Shown in pieces: positions 40,965 to 54,514 of a DNA stretch of 64,000 nucleotides. The notes under the pieces are model-generated. The model made no database searches. It worked only from the letters and a program-made list of their open reading frames with translations, and was not told the DNA's origin. Position 1 is the first letter of the stretch; each line of letters begins with the position of its first letter. The translations under genes were made by a program, and so were the position numbers. Source of the DNA: Chrysomallon squamiferum (taxonomy: Eukaryota > Animalia > Mollusca); the NCBI GenBank assembly GCA_012295275.1, contig CM022677.1, positions 21,948,001 to 22,012,000 of the forward strand, read 5' to 3'.

Positions 40965-42313
40965 TTTCCTTCTTTTCGTTTTTCTCTCATCATTTTTTTT
41001 ACCCTGCAGTATCTTTATCATAAAACATCATGTTACAACAACTTGGACAGTGGCAATCTGACTAATAATCTAATATTCCATGGCTCAGCACCACACTGGT
41101 CCTCAGTAGGCGAATTCCTCGCCAGATAATCATAGTATTAGTTTGTGTTTTTATCATCTGGAATGTAACTTTATCGACAGAAGCTGTCTGTAAGGTATCA
41201 GCTGTTTATAAATGAACGTGTTTGTTCGTATTTGTAGTGGATGCTCCTGAAGTGGTATAGGGGAAGAGGTGGGGAGAAGGTTGAAACAAATCTTTCCAGT
41301 GATCTATAATGAACATTTTAATGAGCTGTTTATAACAATTTTTTTGTTGTTTTTTTTTAACGATTTTATATCATAACTTCTTTTTAATGAAAATAAGATA
41401 ATGTAAATTCATTTACGATACTGAGGATTATAATAATAGTAGTAGTAGTAGTAGTAATAGTAGTATGGTTTTTTTTATCTATAATTCTGTGTTAATGTGA
41501 CATAATGATGACAAAAGATAAACAGAGATTTTGTTTCAAGTCTGTCCAATATCTAATAACTTCTGATATCAAATGTAAACTGTATTAATGAGTAGTAGTA
41601 GATGCAGCAATACCAATAGTATAGTAATAATAACAACAACAGTAATATAATGATGATTAGTAGTTGTAGTAGTAGTAGTAATGGTAATAGTAGAAGAAGC
41701 AGCAGCAGTAGTAGAATGAAAACATTAGTAGAAGTATAATATAATAGCAGTAGTAATAGTAGCGATAATAATGTAACAATAGTAGAAGTATAATGGTAAC
41801 AGTAGTAGTAGTGGTAGTGGTAATAATGATAAAAATAGTAGAAGTAGCAGTAGTAGTATTAATAGTACTAATAAAAATAATAATGCCACCAGTAGTAGTA
41901 GGAATAGTAGTAATAGTACTAGAAATAATGAGAACAATGATGATATCAACAGTAGTACTAGTAGTAGTTTTTGTTATAAAATACAAATTAAGAGCAAAAT
42001 GTCATAGTAACTAAATGCAGTTTTAAATAAAATCTGTAGTTCAGTGAAAATTGAATATCAGTATTTAGCAATTTAATTGTTTAACAATTAAATTGAATAA
42101 TCTATTAAATGAATATTCATCAGTGCATTGCATATTACCTGTAAAATATGTTTGTATTTTTACATAGATATTGAATAAAGAATAAAATAATATTGTAAGT
42201 ACTTTTGTGTATTAAAATGTTGTTATTCAGTAGGAATTATTATGACAGGTTTGTGTGTGTGTGGTGAGAGAAATTGAAACTTTACGAGAATTCTATTTTG
42301 TTTATTCTGTTTT

Positions 42314-42353
<40 letters not shown>

Positions 42354-42726
42354 GTGTTTTTGATGATTTAGAAAAAGAAGAAAAAAGAGAAAGCTTTTTA
42401 AATAATAGCAGAACATTTATATAAAAAAATAAATCAATAATAATAATAAAAGTACCGTAAGCAAAAACATCAATAATATTTAATAAATATTAATGACTGA
42501 AAAAAAAAAAAAAAAAAATCCTCTTCACAGCTTGTATAGTTATGTTAATGATATTTTTAAACATTTGTGGTTCTGAGTAGTTTTATGTTTTTTCTTTTAT
42601 TCTCAAAATTTGTCTTGTAAAATGGACAGAAAACATTTTGTATTCACCACTAGTTTACCTATATCAGCCATTTATTAATATATATAGATATATAAATATA
42701 GATATAGATATAGATATATAGATATA

Positions 42727-42799
<73 letters not shown>

Positions 42800-43544
42800 G
42801 TCCATATAATTTAAGACATTCATTCATTTATATTCAGTTCAGTTACTGTCGGTTAATGTGATAGGAAACATCCATTCATTCATTGTGTTATTTTTTTTTT
42901 ATCAGTAATTGTGTGTTTATGTGAGATATTGATAAAAAAAAAAGATAAACAAATGATTCTGTTACAAGCCTGTCCTTTGTCTAAAACACTACTTCAACAT
43001 ATCGGATGTCCAGTAGTAAATACAAATTGTATTAATGCGTATGCAACACACAACATACAATACTCGTCCATTGTCGTAATAAGTAAAAACTCAATAGGCA
43101 ATGGCAGTGTTTATGTTCAAGTCTATTCACCTTTTGTCACCCTGTCACACTGGTGACAAATTGTGACACTGAGACCTGGGGTTATATGTGTCACCTCTCA
43201 ATCGTTTTATCGAATTGGAAGGAAATTGTTACTTGTAATATACTAAACAAAATAAGTTACAACAATAAGTGACTTGTTTATATCAAACCTAAGAAAATTG
43301 TTACATGTATACTAAACAAAATGAGTTAAAACATTCAAGGACTCCATTATGTCCAGCACTAAAGGAACTGTAACAAGTATACTAAACAAAGTAAGTTATA
43401 AAATTGAGTAATATGTTTGTTTCAGATCATAAGAAAATTGTTTCATGTATACTAAAAAAAATAAGTTTTAACACTGAGGGACTCCTTTATAATCCTAAGG
43501 AAATTAACATATGTGATCTCCTTAAAACTGTACCATGTAAACTA

Positions 43545-43930
43545 TTAAATTTTAGATTAAAAACAACCATTAGGATTTGAACCCACTACCTACAGGTTTC
43601 AAAACCAGAAGCTTAACTACATCAGAGATCTTGTAGAATATTTGCTTTGACAGAAACAACACAAACATTGGTGTCTTATTAAAAATCTAACAAGTAAAAT
43701 GTTTAAATTTTTGATTAAAAACAATCATTAGAATTTGAACCCAGTACCTTCAGATTTCAAAATCAGATTCTTAACTACATCACTGATCCTGTAGACTTTT
43801 GCTTTAACAAATACAAAATAAACATCCATTAACCCTCTACCACACAAAATACTAAATTTCTGATAGGATTTGAACACAAGTACCTACAGGTTTCAAACTG
43901 AGCATGGTAAAATGCATTTGCACTGATCTG
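43545..43930 (-). repeat. Tandem triplication (about 140-160 bp) of a tRNA/SINE-head-like unit
   Basis: taggatttgaacccactacctacaggtttcaaaaccagaagcttaactacatc at about 43571, 43728 and 43864; reverse complement contains B-box GGTTCAAATCC. Confidence 0.6.
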
Positions 43931-44515
43931 GCAGAATACCTGTGATGGAAAATACAATTGAACCTGTTTGAACATTTGCTTTGACACTGACAAGACACAC
44001 ATCCATGATCTCATTAAAACTGAGCTGCGGTGAGCTGTTTGAGTTGAGTTCCTCACTTGAGCACTGCGGTATTTTAAAATTGATTTTAAGGACATCGGTG
44101 GTTTGTTGTGTGCTGTTTGATAATGGTGACTTGCTTTTATTTAAAAAAGAAAAGAAGATAAAAAAAACCTGCCTAACTTGTTCGTGTTTGCCAGCTGCGT
44201 GAAAGATTTCGACAAACACACGGCCATGTTTGCTCACCTCATTATCAAAATCGGGCCTCTCTCGTAACCTTTCAGTGCCCCACACACACATTATCAGTTA
44301 TTTTGTAATTGTTTGTTTGTTTGTTTAATTATTTATTTATTTTTTGTTTTATTTTTGTTTTATTTTATATTATTTATTTGTTAATTATTTATTTATTTTT
44401 ATTTATTTTTGTTTTATTTTATATTATTTATTTGTTAATTATTTATTCATTTTTTTTATATTTATTTTATTTTTTTTTATTTTTTTTTTTTTTTTTTTAT
44501 TTTTTTAAATTTATT

Positions 44516-44550
<35 letters not shown>

Positions 44551-45057
44551 TCTCACAGTTAGATTTCCAACATGTTTATCATGGAGTGCAAGTGGAAATA
44601 CATGTGTTAATGCACAGGTGTACAATACACGATGTATCTAACTATGTCATAGCGACCCAGTCTCCTTGCATCTTTTAGATCAATATAAAGCTGTTTTGAG
44701 TAATCAGTGACTCATCATCTAGTTTGAGTATCTGTCCTCAGCAGTGTACACACAGACTGTGGAATACCATCTGTATTACATACTGTCACATACAGTTTTT
44801 ATGCTGCTTAGGTTTTATTTATATTGTTATAGAACGTTTTTGAAATTAAAACAAATACAATTTTTTTATTCAATATTAAAAGGAGGTTGTATGTTGAAAG
44901 TTTAAATAAAAACAGAAGTTTATAGCATATAACTTTTCTGATATGCCAAACTTTACATGTGCATCTTCAATCATTTTCTGTTTTTTCTCTGTCTCTCTCT
45001 CTCTCATCATGTATGTGTATGTATCTTTCTTGTTGTGATTTCCTAAACATCAGCCTC

Positions 45058-45532
45058 ACTTTCATTTACTCAGTACCCATGATAGAAAAGTTTTAGTTTT
45101 ACAATTTGAAACTGAAAATCAAAATAATAAAATAAAAATAAAATTCAAAACTGAAGTAACTGAGAAGACTACTTTAGTTTAATGGCTGTCACAGCTTGCT
45201 GTTTGAGAAACCAAATCATTGAATGCTATTTCTGTTTCATTAAAATCAATATCTATACACGATATTATTTATGATTTAAAATGGAGTTTCCATTTTTTAA
45301 CAACAAATCGGGAACTTTTTTTTTTTTTTTTTTTTTGATACCTGCCACAGCTTGAGATTTCAGTAAACATTTTTTACTAAAAGCTCTTTGAGTTTCATTA
45401 TGATCAATATCTATATATGTTGTTATTTACAAGACACACACACACACACACACAACACACACACACACACACACATGCCAGAGATAATCTTTACTCAAGT
45501 ATCTTGTTTTATAATTTAGTCAGTAAATATAT

Positions 45533-45574
<42 letters not shown>

Positions 45575-45720
45575 CAGAGATAATCTTTACTCAAGTATCT
45601 TGTTTTATGATTTATAGTCAGTAAATATAAATACACGCACACACACACACACACACACACATGCTAGAGATAATCTTTACTCAAATGTCTTGTTTTATAA
45701 TTTATAGTCAGTAAATATAA

Positions 45721-45763
<43 letters not shown>

Positions 45764-46200
45764 CCAGAGATAATTTTTACTCAAGTATCTTGTTTTATAA
45801 TTTATAGTCAGTAAATGTAAACACACACGCACACACACACCCACACACAAAATCTCTACTGAAGTATCTTGTATTACAATTTATTGTCAGTAAAGACAAG
45901 TTCAATTATAGACTTGAAATATTTACTGTCAGCACTAAACACTTTATTATACATACATAGGTAATCCTAGCACTTAACCTTGTTATGTTACCAAAGACAT
46001 TTAGAAAACAAATTTCTATTTCTGAATCATTCTTTTGTTTTGGGTGTGGTTTAATAAATTATAGTACTTCAGGGCCGTCATTTATAAACACTTACAAAAT
46101 TATTTAGTCAGCCTTATTTTCTTCATGGCTTACCCAGAGAAAATTTATAATAATGTTGTTTTAATGTAGTTTAAAAACATTTTATAAGCAGAGTAATATT

Positions 46201-46288
<88 letters not shown>

Positions 46289-46405
46289 ATATTTATGAAA
46301 TTTTAAATAAAAAAATGTTTTTAATTTATATTAAATTTCAAATTTTATATTATTTTAAAGATATTTTCATTTCTTTTAACTTTACTACCAACATATCCAC
46401 ATTTT

Positions 46406-46469
<64 letters not shown>

Positions 46470-47233
46470 TGTGTTCATGGTTGAATCTTATTAACAGTTT
46501 TTAACATTTTCAAATAAAAAGCCTTGCTGATTAAAGCAGGAACATTTAAAAAATTTATTTTTGTGTGTGTGTGTGTGTGTGTGTGGAACAGAAAAGGATA
46601 TACTGCTGGTATTTATATCTGTCATACTTAAGGTACCTGGAATAATAAAAAAAAAAAAAAAACCTTCCTAGAATTGATCCTTGTTATTAAGACTGCTTCT
46701 TAAAACTGAAACTGAGATACACATGTAGAGATATTGATTATAATGAAACACAAAAACACTTCCAATGATTTTTGCCTTGAAGAAATAACAAACAATGGCA
46801 GCTGATTGTGCTAAAATAAACTTCTCAATTACTTCAGGACTGCTTGTTAAAGAAATGGAAACTCGATTTTAAATCATGTATAGATATAGATTGTAATGAA
46901 ACTCAAAGAGCTTTCACTAAAAAATGTTTTACTGAAATCTCAAGCTGTGGCAGCTAACAAATAATTAAAATTAAGTTCAGTATTTCTTGTTAAAAAATTA
47001 AAACTTGATTTTAAATCATAAATAATGTCGTGAATAGATATTGATCTTAATGAAACAGAAATAAGTTTCAATGATTTGGTTTCTCAAACAACAAGCTGTG
47101 ACAGCCATTAAACTAAAGTAGGCTTCTCAGTTACTTCAGTTTTTATTTTGTTTTTATTTTATTGTTTTGATTTTCAATTTTAAATCTTAAAACTAATTCT
47201 TTTCTGTCACGTATACTGCGTAAATGAAATGAA
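45058..47233. repeat. Long inverted repeat (foldback/MITE-like), arms about 45058-45419 and 46875-47233
   Basis: e.g. ctgaagtaactgagaagactactttagtttaatggctgtcacagcttg versus caagctgtgacagccattaaactaaagtaggcttctcagttacttcag; the arms contain about 155-bp subrepeats. Confidence 0.9.
45430..45895. repeat. About 95-bp compound tandem repeat with an internal (CA)n
   Basis: gccagagataatctttactcaagtatcttgttttataatttatagtcagtaaat, about 5 copies. Confidence 0.9.
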
Positions 47234-48385
47234 AAGTAAATGATCTTCAAGATTTGATCTTCTGTTCTTTGGTTCAAGAGATATAATCTGCTACACTTAC
47301 AACAGTATATTGTGTTGTTAAATATTTAACAGTGATTTTACTTGTTCATAATTGTACATATTTTATTAATTTAGTTTTTTTATTTGTACACTCTTTCTCT
47401 ATGTATACAATATTTTGCTATCAACACAGTGTTATTCATACAGTATTATGTTACCATTGGATATGTGGTCAAGGATACATAAATACATCATTGTATAATT
47501 ATGGATACATAGATACATTATAGGATATGCAAAATGATGCATGTATACATCAATGGATATATATAAAGATACACAGATACATCATTTGATGTATACATAA
47601 CGATACATAGGTGTGTTATTGGCTATCCATAAAATACAGAGATAATCATTTGATGTACTCATAGTCATATGGATACATAGGTACATCACTGAATATCCAC
47701 AAGGATACATAAATGTATCATTTGTTGTACATGTAAGGATACAGGTTCATCATTGGATATCCAGAAGGATATATAAATATATCATTGGATATTCCTAAAG
47801 TTACACAGATATGTAGATGTCTTTTGAAATGCTTAAGGATACAGTCTAGGATATAAGCTCAGAATTGAATATTTATATGGATAACTAGATACTATCACTG
47901 GACACATTCAAGAATATATTGGTGAATCTGCTACTTTCTTTAGAATATATATACATACATATTCAGACATATATATATATATATATATAAAAACACAAAA
48001 AATATGTAAATATACACTGATATACACAGATATGAAATCTGAAGGCATCATAATTCTTTGTCCGATATACACAATGCATATTTAAAACCATATGCTGTCT
48101 GCATATTATCGATAGACTTATACATTCCTATTAATGTCAAGGTCAGATGAAGATAAATATCAACGGATTATGTAAATAGGCCAGTGTTTTGCTTTAGTGC
48201 ATAACAGCATGTTTAAAAATGTGTAATATCACACATTGTTTTATATTAAATATATATATATACTATGAAATACAAATGATATTCAACACATATGTGTGTC
48301 ATAGTCAGAGTTGAACAAGACAGATTGAAATGTGATTTATTTGTCAAATAAATGTTCTGATGAGATCAAAACAAAAGTTTATACA

Positions 48386-48432
<47 letters not shown>

Positions 48433-48758
48433 AGAGAGATGTCTAAGTTAGATACATTGAATATAACAACATTTACTGGGGGTGGGGAATGGTGTTCAGA
48501 CTGTAATCATTTAATGTTTTGCTGCAGGTAGTAATAGAATGCCTACCTCTAAAACAACTTTTTCAAATTTGTATCAATGTGTGTGTGTGTGTGTGTGTTG
48601 AAACAAATACAAATATATATATATATTATGTACATATATATAAGATTAGACGTACACTACACTATATTAAATGGTACTGTGTAATACACATGATATATAG
48701 TATTTGTGAATATAGGTCACAGTTGACAGCGTAAGATATTTAGATTATGTAAACATGA

Positions 48759-48795
<37 letters not shown>

Positions 48796-49357
48796 CTATT
48801 AGATATAGACAAAAAAGGGGAAAAAGCCTTTATAATTTGTGTTAAATATATGTTGATATGTTACATGTTACATATACATATGTTTTGTGTGAGGGTACAT
48901 AGATCATATCAGAGTGAAAAATCACATTTATTTAGATCATGTTACTAGAACATTGATTTGCTGTGGGCAGAATATGTTAATACATCTGTCAATAAAACAA
49001 CAACAACAAAAACACCATGGTTTTAAACACATTAATTACACTGTATAATACGAATGATATGTACTGTTCTGTGTTAGGGTATAGAGTAACATGCTCACAT
49101 TTTGTAAACAAGATATTGTTTTGCTACAGGCAAGATGGTAGATATACCTGCCAATAAAATAATATATGTACTAAATATTCTGTGTAACTTAAAATTGTGT
49201 GTATAAATATATTTCACAGTTGACAGACTGAAAATATTATTTATTTAGATTATAAAAGTGGGGCCATTAATTAGTTGCAGGAAGAACTATACAGATACCT
49301 GTGAGGGAAAAAAATAATAAAATAAAAACAAAATCAATTTGTATTAAAAATAATAAT

Positions 49358-49395
<38 letters not shown>

Positions 49396-49865
49396 TGTTT
49401 TTGTGTTGGTATAGTTCATGTTAGATATCTGATAAAAAAATTATCTTTATTTACATCTTGTAAAAAGGACATTAACTTGCTACAGGCAGAATAGTAAGTG
49501 TGTGTGTGTGTGTGTGTGTGTTTGTAAACAAACATAAAAATATGACACTGATATACTTCACAACACAAAGGATGTATGAAATTGTTTTGTGAGGATACAG
49601 TTCATGTTAGATAGAGTAAAAATGACAGGTATTCAGATTTTGTAAACAGGATTTTAATTTGCCGCAGGCAGACTAGTCTCTGTTTAATCTTTTTTAAATT
49701 TTGTGTTAACTGTTATTTATGTTTTTGGTTGTGTGTGTGTGTGTGTTTATGTATATTATATGTGTATGTAAATATGTGTTGTGTATACATGTATGTGTTA
49801 TGTGTGTATAAGTTTACATGTTGCTTGTGTTTGTATATTTATATTGTATATGTGTGTGTGTATAT

Positions 49866-49914
<49 letters not shown>

Positions 49915-50829
49915 ATGTAAATTTAGTTGTTATATAATACATAAAAGTGGGTAAGTGCAAGTTTATATTACATACATGAAATACAACATTCGGAATGGAC
50001 TGTTGTTAGAAGATAGGAACAAAGTATCATGGCTTGCAGTCTCCTACCCATAACATTAGTATGTCTGTCTGTCTGTCTGTGTGTCTGTGTATCTGTCTTT
50101 ATCCATCTGTCCATCCATCTATAAACATGTATGGATGGATGGATGGATGTGAGTGTGTGTGTGTGTGCAGATGTATGTATGTTTATTGATCTGTCTACCT
50201 TTCTGTGTACTAACCAATTGCCCGTGTCTGTGATAAAAGGCTAAGTACTTAAAGTGGTATATCATTATATATATCACACCTGTGTAGTAACAGAAAATAC
50301 AAAAATATTTATGTCTGCATGTATATTAAACAAGATAAAACTGCTAATATCACGTTATATATCACACTTATGTATAATCAGATACTAAGAGAACTCAGAA
50401 AAGCCCTGACTGTAACAGCTTGTATTTCATTTTACAAATCAATTCACCACGTGGAAACTGTGAACAATCAATAACATCACTTGTCTAAACATAACCAAAT
50501 TATTGCTGATCATAAATGAAACAGATGATAGTTCACTGATTATCAGTGGAGTCTGTTATTGTCAGTCTGTAGTGATCAATATATTGTATGGATGTTAGTA
50601 TCAGCAACATGTTCTGTGTTATCAATATTTATTACATGAAGGTTTCTTTTTTTAAAATCCGTTTTGTGTATATTTCAGTATATATCATAGAGTTTGTAAT
50701 ATGTGTTTTGTTACTAGAGATATGTGTATATCAGTATTCTGACTGGGAGTTGATGTATAGTTTGTTATCACAAATAAATGAAAAATAATAGAATTCAGGG
50801 AAATGAAAGTAATAAATAACTTTGTTCAG

Positions 50830-50910
50830 GTGTGTAGGGTTGATCCTGCTTCCCTGTACATCTGAGTCTCAGGTCATTGCCTGAACATGTAGTTTTAAAA
50901 CAGATGTCAG
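50830..50910 (+). other. Candidate non-coding exon
   Basis: tttgttcag| acceptor and a consensus CAG|GTAAGT donor; stops in all three frames. Confidence 0.3.
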
Positions 50911-51084
50911 GTAAGTATGTAAATATCAAACACACAGTGTTCACAGCCTGTCACCTTGGTGACACAGCTATGCAGGTACATGAACCTACAGAGGTAATAA
51001 TACTTACAGGTGTGTACAGGTGTGCTAACGATCAGATTTACCTGTACCAGGTGTAATTAACAGATTATCTTCAGTATCAGTTTC

Positions 51085-51115
<31 letters not shown>

Positions 51116-51483
51116 GATGGAAAGGAATGCTTTACAACTGTTATCATGTTACTATGAAAGATGTGTTAGTGTATTGTATACATGTGTTAGTGTATTGTAT
51201 ACATGTGTTAATGTATACATGTGATTGTGTGTGAGATGTACAGAGACTGTGTGTGTATGCATGTGTGTTTGTGTTTCTGAATGTACATGTGCGTGTGTGA
51301 GAGTGAGTTTTATATGTGTGTGTTTTAATACAAAGAGAAAGCATATGCATGCACATAGGTGTGAAAAAAATACAGAGAAATTTTTATATCTCATTTGTGT
51401 ATCCATGTATTATAGACATACAGTGAACATTATGCATATAGCCTGTATTGTCTCTGTGTATGTATATGTGAGTGGTTTACAAA

Positions 51484-51521
<38 letters not shown>

Positions 51522-51974
51522 ATCCATCATTTTTGAAATGCCTAACTTCATAAATCGGTTTTCATTCTTGTTCGTCTTTTTATTTAAAATTGCATTTTGA
51601 AAAAGACAGGTAACAGGCCATGTATTTGTGCAGAACACAAAGGCTATTTATAGAATATGAAATATACATCATAATTACTTACACCAGGAAGAAACCTCGT
51701 TCTCAGTTCAGGTGTTAAAAGTGCATGCTTTTACCTTTTTGTGTAAAGGTTTGTGATTGTCAGGTGACAATCAGGTCATTGTTAGTTAATGTTAGGTGTA
51801 AAAATACGTCTCTGTGATCATTTTGTATGTAGTTGTAGCTGATTTTTTAAAATTTGATTTGTAATGCAGAAACTTGAAAGATTGAAGACTACAATGTTGA
51901 AAACCAGTATTACTCTTCTGCTCCTTTTATTTAATTTTAAAAAAATCTTTAATTAAAAAAAAAAAAAAATCTCA

Positions 51975-52160
51975 TTCTAATCCAAAACCTAAACCTAAAC
52001 ATAAACCTACATCTCAGCCTAACCCTAACATTAACCTTAATCCTGAACTCTAACCTTAAACCAAAGCTTGATCTCAAACCTAAACCTAAACTTTAAACCT
52101 AAACCAAACCTAAACTCTAACTTTAATCCAGAACTTAGCACTAACACTGATATTAACTCT
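51975..52160. repeat. Degenerate (CCTAA[A/C])n telomere-like hexamer tract
   Basis: aaacctaaacctaaac...cctaaccctaacattaacc. Confidence 0.6.
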
Positions 52161-52705
52161 AGGTGTTAAAAAAAAAAAATTCTGGATGATGATAATGATA
52201 ATAATAATGATAATAATATAGTAATAATAATTACAATTTAGAAAAAAATATGTAAAAAAGTAAATGATTTTTTTTTTTTATCTCCAGTATGAATATACAG
52301 ATCCATCCTCTAAAAACATTTAAAAATCAATAATTATCTTTTTAAATAATTTTTTTTAACCTTTCTTCTCCACTCACACTAAAACATTACAAAACATTTA
52401 ACTTCAGATCAATGCACCTTTGTACTGCACGAACTGAAAAAAACCCACATAAAACGTTACATAAAATTTAAATCTGCTATCAATACATCTGTGTACTGCG
52501 TGAACTAAAAACACACACCACATTTCAACTCGTTATTTACACACTGCCAAACACACCCTAGTACTGGCGGCCATATTTGCTGTGACTCGCGTCGCGCCGT
52601 TGTGCATCATTCAACGACTACGCAGAGTCGGGTAGAGGAAAAGTAGATCGGTTTCAAAATTATTTCACAGTTCGCGGATGAATGACTCAGAAAATTGAAG
52701 CCTTT

Positions 52706-52737
<32 letters not shown>

Positions 52738-53018
52738 CTTCTAAATCTTATATTTTTATAAGTATCTATTTATTGTATCAGAAGTGATATTACTGGTGCA
52801 CTGGTTATGTTATGATATATTGGGCAGATAAATGATATGTCAGTGCACTTGTTAAGTCACGATATATCAGGACACTAATTAATATATATCAAACTGACAA
52901 TGATATATCATGGCTCTCTGTTTATTTATAAAGTACTGAAGTGTATTTTAGATTTTGTACATTATAATACACTAACTTGATACAGTAATTTTGTATTAAA
53001 AGATACCAATAGATATAT

Positions 53019-53078
<60 letters not shown>

Positions 53079-53370
53079 GGTTTTCTCTTTCTGTGCCTGT
53101 CACTGTCTCCTCTTACACACAAGTACATTTGTTTTCATGGTCTGTTAACATCTTCGTATTAACCTTTAACCACAAACAGGTGTGTAAAAAAAACCCGTGA
53201 GATATCTGTTACAGGTAGAAAAATAAACCAACCTGGGGCAAGAAATACCACTACAAGTACATGCGTCTCTATGTATGTCTGTATGTATGTATGTCTGAGC
53301 ATGCTGGAATTTGTGTGCAGCTTTTTATAGATGTTCACATATTATGCATATATGAGTGTATATATTGCAC

Positions 53371-53440
<70 letters not shown>

Positions 53441-53479
53441 TCCTCATAGTCATGCACATCTACAAACAATGTTTAAAAA

Positions 53480-53705
53480 CATAACAAATTTATAATCACT
53501 CCTATTATACCCATATTCACCCCCCACGTACACACCCACACCCACACAAACTATCTATAAAGAAACAGAAACATTACAAATTTATAATCACTCCTGTTAT
53601 AGCCATAATCACACCCCCACATGCACACCCAGATATATATATATATATCTGTATACACAAGCTATCTATAAAGAAATAGCAACATTACAAATTTATAATC
53701 ACTCC

Positions 53706-53736
<31 letters not shown>

Positions 53737-53900
53737 ACACAAGCTATCTATAAAGAAATAGCAACATTACAAATTTATAATCACTCCTGTTATAGCCATA
53801 ATCACACCCCCACATCCACACCCAGATACAGATATATATATATATACGTATGTATGTATACACAAGCTATCTATAAAGAAATAGCAACATTATAAATTTC
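53480..53900. repeat. Imperfect tandem repeat, about 70-115 bp
   Basis: ctatctataaagaaatagcaacattacaaatttataatcactcct, about 4-5 copies. Confidence 0.88.
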
Positions 53901-54483
53901 TGATGGACTTTCCCATACCTGCACACCACTGACACTGAAACTATCTGTGACTTTTACAGTTTCTATTCATATTATGAATTTCAGTCAAAACTATTCCACT
54001 CATTTAATAACATCACTGGTGATTATTAAACAAAGCTGTTGTGACTGCTGTGTCAGACCCAACATCTGCAACATCAGTTATATATATATATAAACAAAGT
54101 GTCTATCAAAGTGTCTATCAGGGATGTAGAAACATAAGTCTTCTTTTTTCTTCTTATTTTTTAATAGTTAGCACTCGTACATAATTTAATGAAAATAATT
54201 AATAAATGACAGATGAGCATTATAAAGTTTGGGTCAGTACTACCATCTCCATATATATATATATATATTGGAACATGGATGTATGTGTATGTGTATATAT
54301 ATATATATATGTGTGTGTGTGTTCATGTGTGTGTGTATGTGTTATGTATATATGTATGAGTGTATACATGAGTGTATGTGTATATAAGCATGTCTTTGTC
54401 TTTGTGTGTTTTTATGTGTGTGTGACTGTGTGTGTGTGTGTGTGTGTATCTGTGTGTATGTTTATATATATATATATATTTAT

Positions 54484-54514
<31 letters not shown>

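Noticed and set aside
43571-43625. Functional tRNA gene
   Set aside because: No acceptor stem or intact cloverleaf; tandemly decayed copies
51975-52160. True telomere or chromosome fusion site
   Set aside because: Highly degenerate, mostly CCTAAA, short and in a single orientation
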